A DNA stretch of 60,966 nucleotides, taken from the UHGV virus genome UHGV-0202911, one strand, 5' to 3'. The notes under the pieces are model-generated. The model ran no database searches, was not told where the DNA came from, and worked only from the letters and a program-made list of their open reading frames with translations. Numbering within the stretch: the stretch's first letter is position 1; each line of letters opens with the position of its first letter. Of this stretch, positions 9,276-18,846 are shown one piece after another. Both the position numbers and the translations under genes were made by a program. This DNA is from a virus.

Positions 9276-9818
9276 ATGAGCAATAAGTTACCCCTTCCAG
9301 CGCGTTTCTCTGACGATGCAATGTCGTATTCGCTCGTGTACATTCCCGGGCTCCCTGCGGATACAGATCCCCGGTATTCCGTTGAGCCCAATGTGACCAG
9401 CATGAGGCCCATAGGTCGGAACGTCCAATCCGTGAATATCACGGGAAAAGGCAAGATGATCTTCACATGGGTCTTGATGGAACAGCCCGCCAAACCGGGG
9501 ACAACAACCCCGGCCCGGCAGTATCTCTTCTTCCGGCTCTCGGATAAGCCTATCCCCTTGGATTTGCTCAAGCCGGGAGACATGATTTGCTACGCTGCTA
9601 CGCCAAAACACGTCACTACAGATCCCGCTCAATGCTTTGTCGATTCCCTCTTTGGTCAGGTTTCGGCAGACGCACAGGCGGAACGTCCCCGTGACACGTG
9701 GGCAAGCGAACTGTTCCAGCCCCCACAGGAGCAGGAAGAAACGGAAACGGTCCCTCAATCTGAGATGCGGATTTCTGAACCCAACGGACAGGAAAACCAT
9801 CAGGAGGAAGGGGAATGA
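9276..9818 (+). CDS. hypothetical protein with an acidic C-terminal tail
   Basis: 180 aa; start overlaps the upstream stop. Confidence 0.4.
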   Translation: MSNKLPLPARFSDDAMSYSLVYIPGLPADTDPRYSVEPNVTSMRPIGRNVQSVNITGKGKMIFTWVLMEQPAKPGTTTPARQYLFFRLSDKPIPLDLLKPGDMICYAATPKHVTTDPAQCFVDSLFGQVSADAQAERPRDTWASELFQPPQEQEETETVPQSEMRISEPNGQENHQEEGE

Positions 9819-10048
9819 GCGAAGAAACCACCGTCGACCGCGTCTTTCGGCGCATAGAGCAGGATGTAGAACGTATTCTTGACCGTGAACCGAGTTCACG
9901 GGGTGTCCTTAATCAGGTCATCCAAGAAGGCGCGCCTATGTTCATGGCCTACAAGATGCGTGGTCGTGTCCCTTCGGTTGACGCTCTGGAAAGGGTAGCT
10001 ACCAAGTTGCTTGCCATCGTCGTAGCAACGGAAGAAGCGAGACGATGA
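9815..10048 (+). CDS. hypothetical protein
   Basis: ATGA overlap with the upstream gene. Confidence 0.35.
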   Translation: MSEETTVDRVFRRIEQDVERILDREPSSRGVLNQVIQEGAPMFMAYKMRGRVPSVDALERVATKLLAIVVATEEARR

Positions 10049-10051
10049 ACC

Positions 10052-10083
10052 AACACCCCGGAGGGTTCACATCCTCCGGGGTT
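10052..10083 (+). terminator. intrinsic terminator (ccccggagggttcacatcctccgggg followed by ttctc)
   Basis: perfect 10-bp stem followed by a T-rich tract. Confidence 0.45.
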
Positions 10084-10866
10084 CTCAAGGATATTCGATA
10101 TGCTACAATCATTTTTTTTGATGCGTAGAGTTCCTATACTGGTTCCCCCTTTTGTAAAGACCGCACAGCAAACCGCGTTGGGCGATGAAAAAGCAAAGAG
10201 GGCATCGGTACAATCCCTCTCTTCCCAAAAGGCAATACGGCGTTCTGCAAAGAAAAAGGTCAAAAACAATGCCGACGCCGGATGATTCTGTATCCCCCAA
10301 CGTCTTGAATCGCCCGTATCTGTTATGTGCTCTTTGCGCCCTGTGGATTCCGGGAAAAAGTCAGGAATCTAGGAACAATGACGCGGGGATATGTTCAAGA
10401 AAGAGGTGGCCTGAGATGAAGACAAGGCCGACAGACGGATGCAGGGAAGGTATCAGGCCAATGGGGGCGGCATGACGCAAGACGAGAGAAAGCTTGTTGA
10501 GGTGCTTCTTTCCATCGACGCCGCATTACCTCACGATTTCCCCTTACCCGAAGACGCACCCCGACCAGCATGGTGTCATCTTTTTATGCTGCATTTTGGA
10601 ACGGAAAAAGGCGAATGCTGCGGGATATGCCCGGAATTAAGCGAGGTAATGGTACAAGCCCTTGATAGGGTATATGAGAAATCAGGCTCCTGAATGGAGC
10701 CTTTCTTTTTTCGGAAGACGCAAACTTTCGTACCAGCATCTTCTGGTTTTTTCCTCTCCAGCCGCGTTGACTCTATCTCGATATCCGGTGTCCGGTCGCT
10801 GATGTGGTTTTTCTCTGCTACACATTAGCGACGCGGGCACATCCACATTTAGCAGTGAGATTGTGT

Positions 10867-11643
10867 ATGTCCGAAATGCAGATTTTCGAGAAGGCTGAGT
10901 TTGGGAAGGTTCGGATTGTCGAGCGCGATGGCCAGCCGTGGTTTGTGGCTAAGGACGTGTGCGAGTGTCTGGAACTTACTGATGTGAGCAAAACCATTTC
11001 CCTTTTGGATGACGACGAAAAGGGTACGAACAGTATTCGTACCCCCGGAGGAGAACAGCAAATGCTCGTCGTATCCGAACCAGGCCTGTATTCCCTCATC
11101 CTCCGTTCCCGCAAGCCGGAAGCCAAGGCGTTCAAACGGTGGGTGACTCATGATGTCATCCCCTCCATCCGCAAGCGCGGACTGTACGCCACTCCTCAAA
11201 CCATCGAAGCTATGCTTGCTGACCCCGATACGGCTATCAAGCTGCTTACCTCACTGAAAGAGGAGCGTGCCAAAAGTGCCGCCCTCGCCGCCAAGGTCGA
11301 ACAAGACGCGCCGAAAGTCCTTTTTGCCGATTCCGTTGCGGCTTCCCGTTCGTCCATCCTGATTGGGGACTTGGCAAAGCTTCTGGTACAAAATGGCGTG
11401 AAGATCGGACAGAATCGCCTTTTTGTCTATCTCCGCGAGAAAGGCTTCCTCATCCAGTCCGGCAGCCGAAAGAATACGCCAACGCAGAGAAGTATGGAGA
11501 TGGGGCTGTTTGAGGTTAAGGAATACCTCGTTCATAACCCTGACGGCTCCACGCGAACGCGATTTACCACAAAGGTCACAGGCAAGGGGCAACTCTACTT
11601 CGTCAAAAAATTTCTCTCTGACAATACGCCCGTAGCCGCCTAA
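10867..11643 (+). CDS. phage antirepressor (Bro-N domain plus KilA-C/ANT domain)
   Basis: N-terminal QIFEKAEFGKVRIV...GQPWFVAKDVCECLEL is typical Bro-N; C-terminal LFADSVAASRSSILIGDLAKLL...NRLFVYLREKGFL is typical KilA-C. Confidence 0.65.
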   Translation: MSEMQIFEKAEFGKVRIVERDGQPWFVAKDVCECLELTDVSKTISLLDDDEKGTNSIRTPGGEQQMLVVSEPGLYSLILRSRKPEAKAFKRWVTHDVIPSIRKRGLYATPQTIEAMLADPDTAIKLLTSLKEERAKSAALAAKVEQDAPKVLFADSVAASRSSILIGDLAKLLVQNGVKIGQNRLFVYLREKGFLIQSGSRKNTPTQRSMEMGLFEVKEYLVHNPDGSTRTRFTTKVTGKGQLYFVKKFLSDNTPVAA

Positions 11644-11724
11644 ATTTCCACCTCCCCCCATGCGAAAGCCCTAACCGTCTTGCCCTCCCACGGTTGGGGC
11701 TTTCATGGTAATAACAGGGTAGAA

Positions 11725-12456
11725 TCAAATATTATTCATGATTTTATCAAAAAAGTTCTGGCCAATCTTTTGGGGATAGATTGGCGCTACAATGTCTTCA
11801 GGCAGGGCCACAACACCCATAGCCTCGCGTAATGTGGAAATATGGTTGTCAGGCGTTATTGGAAAATTGTTTTTGTATATTGAAGCCATGCGCATAGCCA
11901 TCAAGTATGATTCAGGCATCCATTTTTGCGCGGACAGAATGATGTTGTCAAAATCTTCTTCAGAATGAGGAGAAAGTAATGCCTCGCAAAGAAAAATCGC
12001 ACCTGCATAGGGACGCTGTACAGGAGCGAATGCGGCAACAAGCTGTTGCCCTATCATTGAGTGAATCAGATCCTTGGGGGTTGAACCTGCATCATTGGGG
12101 ATGGGATTGTACCCTAGCGCCGATACCATGCCATAGATACAGGTATGTTCCCCTATCGGAGCAAGAAGTCCAAGAACGGTATGGACTGGAGATGGTAGAC
12201 CCGTCCTAGCCGCAATGACGGGCCATCCTTGTATGGACAGAACAATATGCATAAGCTCGTGGCATATGATATCTTGAGATGGAATATCTCCGGGAACATA
12301 CTGGAATGTCCATTTACCATCTACGAGTTGTACCCCGCATTGCCTGTATGCTGATTCAAGCGGATGCATGGGGATAGCTTGGATATGATACCCAAGGTAT
12401 GAATCTATCTTATTGAGTAAATATGCTATTTTTTTGTGGTGGATAAAGTTTTCCAT
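11725..12456 (-). CDS. HExxH zinc metallopeptidase-like protein (ImmA/IrrE, M78-like)
   Basis: motif CHELMHIVL at about residue 66; GGGAGG RBS; lies downstream of hicAB. Confidence 0.45.
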   Translation of the reverse strand: MENFIHHKKIAYLLNKIDSYLGYHIQAIPMHPLESAYRQCGVQLVDGKWTFQYVPGDIPSQDIICHELMHIVLSIQGWPVIAARTGLPSPVHTVLGLLAPIGEHTCIYGMVSALGYNPIPNDAGSTPKDLIHSMIGQQLVAAFAPVQRPYAGAIFLCEALLSPHSEEDFDNIILSAQKWMPESYLMAMRMASIYKNNFPITPDNHISTLREAMGVVALPEDIVAPIYPQKIGQNFFDKIMNNI

Positions 12457-12507
12457 TTGAGCCTCCCTATGGGTAATTGCGCATAGAGGCAGGCTTGTGT
12501 CAACGAA

Positions 12508-12537
12508 AAAAGGCGGCTCACATGAACCGCCTTTTGC
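12508..12537 (-). terminator. intrinsic terminator after hicB, read on the minus strand
   Basis: ggcggttcatgtgagccgcc stem followed by a T-run on the minus strand. Confidence 0.5.
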
Positions 12538-12554
12538 TCTTTGGCTTGCTTGTG

Positions 12555-12935
12555 TTATGCGTAGGCTTGTGCGGCCTTGACGAGAAAGGCTGAACGGGTG
12601 AGTCCTCGCGCTTTTGCTTCTCGGTCAATGAGGTTTCGCATGTAGACGGGCATGGAAATGTTGACCGGAACGATATTCTGGTCAAGGAAGTCAAAGTTTA
12701 CGTCCACCAGCATAAGCATACCGCCCTTTGCACTATCCAGTTGAGCCACGGACTCAAAGGAAGAAGGAACGGGAGGGGTTATATCTTCACCTTCCGCCCA
12801 CAGTTCGACGGCTTCCTGAATATTGCCGGGAATCTCGTCCAAGGTATCTGCACCACTGAAACATCCCGGAAAATCAGGCAGAGTGACGCCATAGGCAGAT
12901 TCTGGATCTTTGTGAATAATAGCAATATATTTCAT
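12555..12935 (-). CDS. hicB: HicB-family antitoxin with a C-terminal RHH domain
   Basis: YIAIIHKDPESAYGVTLPDFPGCFSGADTLDEIPGNIQEAVELW fits the HicB fold; C-terminal LTRSAFLVKAAQAY is an RHH motif. Confidence 0.7.
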   Translation of the reverse strand: MKYIAIIHKDPESAYGVTLPDFPGCFSGADTLDEIPGNIQEAVELWAEGEDITPPVPSSFESVAQLDSAKGGMLMLVDVNFDFLDQNIVPVNISMPVYMRNLIDREAKARGLTRSAFLVKAAQAYA

Positions 12936-12970
12936 GATAACCTCGACTGAGGGGCCGAAGCCCCTCCCGG

Positions 12971-13153
12971 TTAGAACTTGATTTTGGATTGTTCCTCAAT
13001 GTTGTGCAGGGTTCCCGGAGGCAAGTCTTTTTTGGGGTGTGGCACTATAACGACTCTCCCGTCCTCATGCCTTAGTTTCATATGGCTTCCCCTTTGGCTC
13101 ACTCGGACGAACCCTTCTTTCTCCAGCCTTTTGAGAACTTCCCTGCTGTTCAT
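12971..13153 (-). CDS. hicA: HicA mRNA interferase toxin
   Basis: EVLKRLEKEGFVRVSQRGSHMKLRHEDGRVVIVPHPKKDLPPGTLHNI matches the HicA/YcfA motifs; start taken at the internal Met (13151-13153). Confidence 0.7.
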   Translation of the reverse strand: MNSREVLKRLEKEGFVRVSQRGSHMKLRHEDGRVVIVPHPKKDLPPGTLHNIEEQSKIKF

Positions 13154-13459
13154 GTCGTTTTTATACGCAACATGCGCAACAAAGTCAAGAAAAAATACGC
13201 ATGTTGCGCATGGAACATTGCTTGTGACAGGGTATGAGAAAAGGCGGCCCCGAAAAGCCACCTCTCCGTGGGCTAGCGATCATAGAAAAAACGGAGAATA
13301 TCCTTAGATTTCAAGGCGTGAAGCCGGGCCAGCGGCGTTCAATCCGTATCGGCCGCGAAATTCCAATAAAATAGATTATTTCATTATATTTAAGCGTGTT
13401 ATGCTTGCACTAACGAAATAAAATGCAAAAAAGAAGGCGGTCGTGATGACCGCCTTTGC

Positions 13460-14023
13460 CTAATTGAAACTCACTTGTGCAGCGTCTAGTGTATCTTGCG
13501 TGATTCGTATGGTGCTATCACAAGCATTTCCTACGCTATAACATGGTGCTCCATCTGGAAGCATCAGAAAAACTTTTTTCCCCTTAGAGCGCACATACTC
13601 AATAGCAGGAATGAGATCTGAATCACATGAGGCAAGATACAGGACATCCCATTTATCTTCTGCCGCACCTAACACGATTTCTATAGCGATTTGCACGTCT
13701 ACAGATTTTTCAGTCTTGAAGGAAAAATCTTTTTTACAGATGGGGCATTTGTTTTTTCTGTGCACAAGCTTGCCAAGCCTGAGTATAACCCCGGACTGTT
13801 GAATCGCTGCAAAGAATTTTTGCTGCTTTATGTAATTTTCGGCATCATGAAGGCTATCCGTAGGGGATGTAAAGAACATCACATCCAACAGGGTTCGCGG
13901 CCCGGAAAGGTTACGCGCAAAAGCCCAAAAATCCAAATGCCCTTTTGATAGGTTGGCTTTTTTAAGATTCTTATAAAAATTAGGGCCATCAAATAAAAAT
14001 ACGGCGCGTTCGGGTGTTTCCAT
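13460..14023 (-). CDS. NYN-domain (PIN-like) ribonuclease with a CxxC zinc ribbon
   Basis: AVFLFDGPNFY matches the NYN motif; CPICKK motif; AGGAAA RBS; sits in an AT-rich island. Confidence 0.55.
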   Translation of the reverse strand: METPERAVFLFDGPNFYKNLKKANLSKGHLDFWAFARNLSGPRTLLDVMFFTSPTDSLHDAENYIKQQKFFAAIQQSGVILRLGKLVHRKNKCPICKKDFSFKTEKSVDVQIAIEIVLGAAEDKWDVLYLASCDSDLIPAIEYVRSKGKKVFLMLPDGAPCYSVGNACDSTIRITQDTLDAAQVSFN

Positions 14024-14200
14024 TAGATTTCCTATTTTACAAAAAAAGAGCCACGCTTTGTTGAATTTTTTCAAACTCCCCAATGCGTGGCGGTTAATTT
14101 ATGTCTTTTACCTATGCTCGTTTTTGTCTACTGTCAAGGGATAATCCTGTTGGACAGTACACCATCAATCTAGATTCCAGCATATCCATGCGGAAACTCC

Positions 14201-14458
14201 TTAAAAGCCAAGCCAGCCGAAGCCCTTAGCCATAATAGCGGCGAGGGCTACCCACCCGCCGATCTGCCACTTGAGCAGGCGGAGTTCCATTTCCTTCATT
14301 TCTTTCTGAATGCGCAATTCAGTTTCGTGCAGATCGCCTTTGGTAGCAACCGCGTTCTTCTGGTTTTCGTCATATTTTTCCAGCGGTTCTATGATAGCGC
14401 GGGCTGCTTCTTCACCTATGGCCTTTTCAAGCCTTTTTCCATCGTCAAACAGCAACAT
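14201..14458 (-). CDS. coiled-coil protein with a C-terminal TM anchor (XhlA/DUF1640-like)
   Basis: coiled-coil N-terminus and a hydrophobic C-terminus (GGWVALAAIMAKGFGWLGF). Confidence 0.3.
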   Translation of the reverse strand: MLLFDDGKRLEKAIGEEAARAIIEPLEKYDENQKNAVATKGDLHETELRIQKEMKEMELRLLKWQIGGWVALAAIMAKGFGWLGF

Positions 14459-14759
14459 GGGAAGAATCCTCCGTCTGCATGGAGTTTATCTGAAATGGGG
14501 CGGATTGCAATCTGTCCCCCTTCCACCGGAGTGCGGACTTTCCCTGTCCCACGTCGAGCAAGGCCAGCGCGTAGGACGTTAGATTGTAGTAGCGCAGGGA
14601 GTTACCCTTGGCATCGGTACGCCGGGCGGCTTTAAATTCCGGGGCTTTCGTGTCGGGAAGGATCACGCGAAGACGTTCGATGTCCCTGAGCACCTGCCCA
14701 TGCTTGCGGTTTGCGACTCGGGCTACTTCGAGAGAGGTTGTGACGTAGGTGCGTTCCAT
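14445..14759 (-). CDS. Rha-family phage regulatory protein
   Basis: N-terminal TSLEVARVANRKHGQVLRDIERL resembles Phage_pRha. Confidence 0.5.
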   Translation of the reverse strand: MERTYVTTSLEVARVANRKHGQVLRDIERLRVILPDTKAPEFKAARRTDAKGNSLRYYNLTSYALALLDVGQGKSALRWKGDRLQSAPFQINSMQTEDSSHVAV

Positions 14760-14761
14760 GC

Positions 14762-15715
14762 CTAAGCCCTCCCATTCCCGTTCAACTGCCTGACGATACC
14801 AAGCAACGAGTATCCGGGATTGCTGTACTGCTCAAGCTGTCGTCCCGGAGCGGTGAGTGCCTTCTTGACGTCATGGTACACGCTCTGGTGCAGGTACCCG
14901 CGCAATGTGTTCTCAGACAGCATATCCGGAACAAGGTACAGTCGGATGTCCGCCCGCTGTTCGAGGGCTTCCGCTACCTTCCAACTTAAGGTGAACACGC
15001 TGTGATGCAGACGCGAAAGAATGCGGTCTACCTCTTCATGCGCCGCCTGAATCTCTTCGATGAACTCCAAGAAAGGCTTTTCGTCTATCACCGGATGCGC
15101 TGCACACGGGGAAGGGAGGGCGGCTTGAGACAATGCCTCTATCTTCCCCGCATTGACCTGCATGGAGAGCAGGAAATCCCGGGCCTCATCCATGCGAGAG
15201 CAGGGGAGCTGCTTGTATTCGGCGATATGGAAGTGGCGGTTGAACCGTGTCCAAATTTCCTTGTATGCCCGACGCTGTACGGCCTTGGGCACCATCCCGG
15301 CCTTGGAGTCCACAATCAGCTTGAGTTCGGCGCGCTGTTCCGGGGAGATCGGGGCTTCATTGAGCGTTACGGGGTGGGCAACGGGCACCCTGTCGCCGTA
15401 CTGCTCTATGACGTCCAGTACCCAACGGCGGAACGCCTTAGCTACGGGCGTGCGGGCGAACATGGCAAGAAGGTGGCAGCCGCGAAGGGAGAAGATGCGG
15501 GTTTCCTGCGGGCCGCCCTCTGTTGGGAGAGTGACCACGGCGGTCATGGCAGGAGTAAATTCGTCGGCGTGGCGGGTATAGAGCTTACGGATGGAAACAT
15601 CAGCGTTTTCACCGTATCCAAGGGCCGTACCAATTTGGTACCCCCTTACCCAAGGCTGCGAATTTTGAGGGATTACGTCGAACTCGACCGAATGAAAGCA
15701 AAGGGACTGAGACAT
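14762..15715 (-). CDS. BRO-N domain protein
   Basis: N-terminal FHSVEFDVIPQNSQPWVRGYQIGTALGY is Bro-N; start taken at the internal Met with a GAGG RBS. Confidence 0.55.
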   Translation of the reverse strand: MSQSLCFHSVEFDVIPQNSQPWVRGYQIGTALGYGENADVSIRKLYTRHADEFTPAMTAVVTLPTEGGPQETRIFSLRGCHLLAMFARTPVAKAFRRWVLDVIEQYGDRVPVAHPVTLNEAPISPEQRAELKLIVDSKAGMVPKAVQRRAYKEIWTRFNRHFHIAEYKQLPCSRMDEARDFLLSMQVNAGKIEALSQAALPSPCAAHPVIDEKPFLEFIEEIQAAHEEVDRILSRLHHSVFTLSWKVAEALEQRADIRLYLVPDMLSENTLRGYLHQSVYHDVKKALTAPGRQLEQYSNPGYSLLGIVRQLNGNGRA

Positions 15716-16058
15716 AGTGAACCTCACAGTTTTTTTGATTGACCTTCCAGAAATAAAAAAGGTCGGGAGCTCAAAACCGCTGTGAGACGGCGGGCATATT
15801 CCCCTTACGGGTATTGTATTAGCCCACTCCCGACCTTTAATGGTCGTTTTATACGCCACATCCTTAGCTTTTTCTATCTTGACAGACAAAAAAAGCCATA
15901 CTTTCGGGGATTGGCATTCCGCTCACAGAGGTGTTTTGAAGCACCGTGGGGATACAACGCCACAGAAACGGGGGAATGTCAAGGTGCGTTGATTGAGTGA
16001 TGAATACAGACTTGACTTTTAGACTTGTGCCAGCGAGGAAGGTTGTGGAGGAATGATT

Positions 16059-17438
16059 ATGATCGGAAAATTACTAAAAAAGATATTTAGCAATGGCAAC
16101 GAAAAAGTCAAAGAAATTTCACGGCTAGATGGTATGTCTTCTATAAAAGAAAGTGTTGTTTGTGAAGAATGCGGACATTCTATACCGCTAAAAAAGGGTG
16201 GTACATTCGACAAGTGCCCGCAATGTGGACATATTCGGATGAAAACATTCAGAGAATTGGGCCTTAATATCGATGAGCTTCCATCTGTTGTTAAAGAACC
16301 GAAAAATACTCACGAAATGAGAGCATTGATAAAATATAAAACTCCATTAAGGGATTATATAAATATTGATTATTCTTCAGTTGATGAAAAAACACAATAT
16401 GAAATGAATTCATTTTTAGATAAATGTGCAGAGATAGAAAAAAATTTTATGAATACTTGCTCTGTACCTTGGTCTACAAGTTCTTTTGAAAAACCTTATG
16501 AAAGAATAGCTATACTTGCTAGAAAGACAAGAAATTATGCTCTTGAAGTAGAAATATGTAAGAGATATATTGAAATTATTAAAGAAGTTGAGGAAATATA
16601 CACTAAATCAAATGTATATGGTCGCCCCGGAACATGCGGGATAAGAAAAAAAATGGATGAAAGAGTTATTAGAGCACAAGAACTTCTTGAAAAACAAAAA
16701 AACAAACCTCAAAATAAACCTTCTCCACGTCCTAAAACTTCGAAAATAAATATCGATAGATCTTTTTTCACCCTGACGTTACAAGAGCAATGTTCTCTAC
16801 TTGGCATTCATTTTAGTAAAATATCTTTAAAATGGGATGATAATAGCAAAAAATACGATTTCGATAAAGTACTCCAAATTAAGAAAGTTGAAGAAGCGGT
16901 AATGCATACCTTGCGGAAAAAGGGGTTCCAAGGGACATTTTACGAGCTTCATCCATTGATGCAAATTATGCAGGCAGGATGCCTTCCCTATCTTGAGGAA
17001 AGCTCAAAAAATCTTTTTGAGGAAAACTATCGGGCACGAACATTTTCCGCTCAAATTGGTATGTATGGTTTGGACAAGGAAAAACTGGCGAACCTAATAA
17101 ATACTTGTTCTCGTGATATTTTATTAGAAAAATGGAAGGAAATTTATGCTGATAGTACTGTTCAGAAATGGTTTCCAGGGATTACGGTAGAAGATATAAA
17201 CGCGTTAATAACAGCGATACCTCAAAAAACTTTTTCTAAAATACTTGATGCCGTACTAAAAGACCCAATTAACAATTCTGTAGGATGGCCCGATATCTTT
17301 GCGTATGATGGAGAAAAATTACGGCTTATTGAAGTGAAAACCACCGACAAATTAAGAGAAAGTCAAAAATATACTTATATAAATATCATTAAAAAGATAG
17401 GGCTACCTGTAGAAGTTATTCAGGTAATAAAAAAATAG
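16059..17438 (+). CDS. zinc-ribbon protein with a MuF C-terminal-like motif and a C-terminal VRR-NUC (PD-(D/E)xK) nuclease domain
   Basis: N-terminal CEEC...CPQCGH; residues MKTFRELGLNIDELPSVVKEP match the MuF C-extein; C-terminal GWPDIFAYDGEKLRLIEVKTTDKLRESQ fits VRR-NUC; AT-rich. Confidence 0.55.
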   Translation: MIGKLLKKIFSNGNEKVKEISRLDGMSSIKESVVCEECGHSIPLKKGGTFDKCPQCGHIRMKTFRELGLNIDELPSVVKEPKNTHEMRALIKYKTPLRDYINIDYSSVDEKTQYEMNSFLDKCAEIEKNFMNTCSVPWSTSSFEKPYERIAILARKTRNYALEVEICKRYIEIIKEVEEIYTKSNVYGRPGTCGIRKKMDERVIRAQELLEKQKNKPQNKPSPRPKTSKINIDRSFFTLTLQEQCSLLGIHFSKISLKWDDNSKKYDFDKVLQIKKVEEAVMHTLRKKGFQGTFYELHPLMQIMQAGCLPYLEESSKNLFEENYRARTFSAQIGMYGLDKEKLANLINTCSRDILLEKWKEIYADSTVQKWFPGITVEDINALITAIPQKTFSKILDAVLKDPINNSVGWPDIFAYDGEKLRLIEVKTTDKLRESQKYTYINIIKKIGLPVEVIQVIKK

Positions 17439-17444
17439 GATCAA

Positions 17445-17476
17445 TAAAGGCGACTCCGTCAGAAGTCGCCTTTATT
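17445..17476. terminator. bidirectional intrinsic terminator between convergent genes
   Basis: aaaggcgactccgtcagaagtcgccttt is a perfect palindrome flanked by A- and T-runs. Confidence 0.6.
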
Positions 17477-17479
17477 GTG

Positions 17480-18016
17480 TTATTCAGTAACGCTAGCCTT
17501 TGCTTTCTTTATACCAAGTAATTGCTCTTTGAGGACTTTTACAATCTCCTGCGCCACGTCATCAAAAACAGTCTTCCATGCCCCGATGGTGTATCCCCCG
17601 CCAGCGGCGATACTGCGATTCACAGGGATTTTAGCCACAAGTACGCCTTCCGGGGTGTAGATTTCGCTTTCGGTAACGAGCTTGGTAGCTCCTGCACCGG
17701 GAAGCATCCAGCGGGCAAAAGCGTTGCCGGGGGAGTATTGCAGAATGGTTGTTTTGATAACGTAATCATTCCCTGCCAAATCCTCTGTGGCGAGTGCAGC
17801 GGTGAGAGAAGATTTCATTGCGTCAGTAAGTACGATTTTGTCGTCCTTCTCTCCAAACACAAATCCAGATTTATCCGTGACTTCGCCTGATTCAAACTTA
17901 GCAGTTTGTGCAACTTTCATGGTCGGGCTGAGTCCTTCAAGGCTTGACTTGGTGGAACACCCGACCATCCCGAAACACATCCCCGCCACAACCAGCGTCA
18001 ATAAAAGTTTTTTCAT
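17480..18016 (-). CDS. lipoprotein (candidate superinfection exclusion factor)
   Basis: GGAGGAG RBS; signal peptide MKKLLLTLVVAGMCFGMVGC containing a lipobox. Confidence 0.6.
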   Translation of the reverse strand: MKKLLLTLVVAGMCFGMVGCSTKSSLEGLSPTMKVAQTAKFESGEVTDKSGFVFGEKDDKIVLTDAMKSSLTAALATEDLAGNDYVIKTTILQYSPGNAFARWMLPGAGATKLVTESEIYTPEGVLVAKIPVNRSIAAGGGYTIGAWKTVFDDVAQEIVKVLKEQLLGIKKAKASVTE

Positions 18017-18139
18017 AACTCCTCCTGCCGATTCCGAACCATACCGGAGTTAGAAAGTCAACAGGTTGTTCATCGTGCGCTCAATAGCGGTTGACATACG
18101 CCGGAAAATGTGGAGGGTGTGGGAAAAAGGGGGAAATTT

Positions 18140-18787
18140 ATGTCTGATGCAGAGAAATGCTGTGTATGTGGTAATAAATTCACTGGATTATTTAAAGCTG
18201 ACAGACCTAGTGATTCTGCCGTACAAGCTCTCAAACAATTAGGAAAAAATGTTGATGATTATTGTCTGCAATGCTTTGTAAAGAAACGTGCAGAAGTAGA
18301 AAACGATATAGAGGCTAATATTGAAGAATTAAAGACAAAATTAAAATCTGTTACAGAAGAAGAATTAGAAAAAATACAAGTTTTCACAACGCCTCCCCCA
18401 GAAGATTGGAAATTTGAAATTAAGGGAATGGTTTCAGGGTATTCTGTTATTGGGACAGGCCCATTTACAGAAATAGCTTCTGCCTTTACTGATTTGTTTG
18501 GACAAGAATCTGTAGCCTATTTTGAAAAAATCCGTACAGGTGAGGCTAGGGCGATTAATGTTGCCAAAATGGAATCCTTAAAAAAAGGAGGAAATGCTTT
18601 ATCAGGAGTAACTTTGACGGTAACAGAGGCCACTCGTGGTAATGGAATGTTAATCATATCATGTGTGGGAACTGCCATAAAACATATTAATGATACTGAG
18701 GAAAAATCTTTATTTCCTCAATTAGTTCTTAAATTGGATGAATTACAAAAAAAATTAGTTTCTTTAAAAATGGCATCGTCAGTTTAA
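18140..18787 (+). CDS. zinc-ribbon protein with a C-terminal YbjQ/UPF0145 (DUF74) domain
   Basis: CCVCGNKF...CLQC motif; GMVSGYSVIGTGPFTEIASAFTDLFG...VTLTVTEATRGNGMLIISCVGTAIK fits the YbjQ fold. Confidence 0.55.
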   Translation: MSDAEKCCVCGNKFTGLFKADRPSDSAVQALKQLGKNVDDYCLQCFVKKRAEVENDIEANIEELKTKLKSVTEEELEKIQVFTTPPPEDWKFEIKGMVSGYSVIGTGPFTEIASAFTDLFGQESVAYFEKIRTGEARAINVAKMESLKKGGNALSGVTLTVTEATRGNGMLIISCVGTAIKHINDTEEKSLFPQLVLKLDELQKKLVSLKMASSV

Positions 18788-18805
18788 AAATTATTTAACA
18801 AAGCC

Positions 18806-18846
18806 CCCTCTGTATTGTAACGTGCGGAGGGGGCTTTGTTTTTTAT
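18806..18846 (+). terminator. intrinsic terminator
   Basis: aaagccccctc...gagggggcttt stem followed by TTTTTT. Confidence 0.55.
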
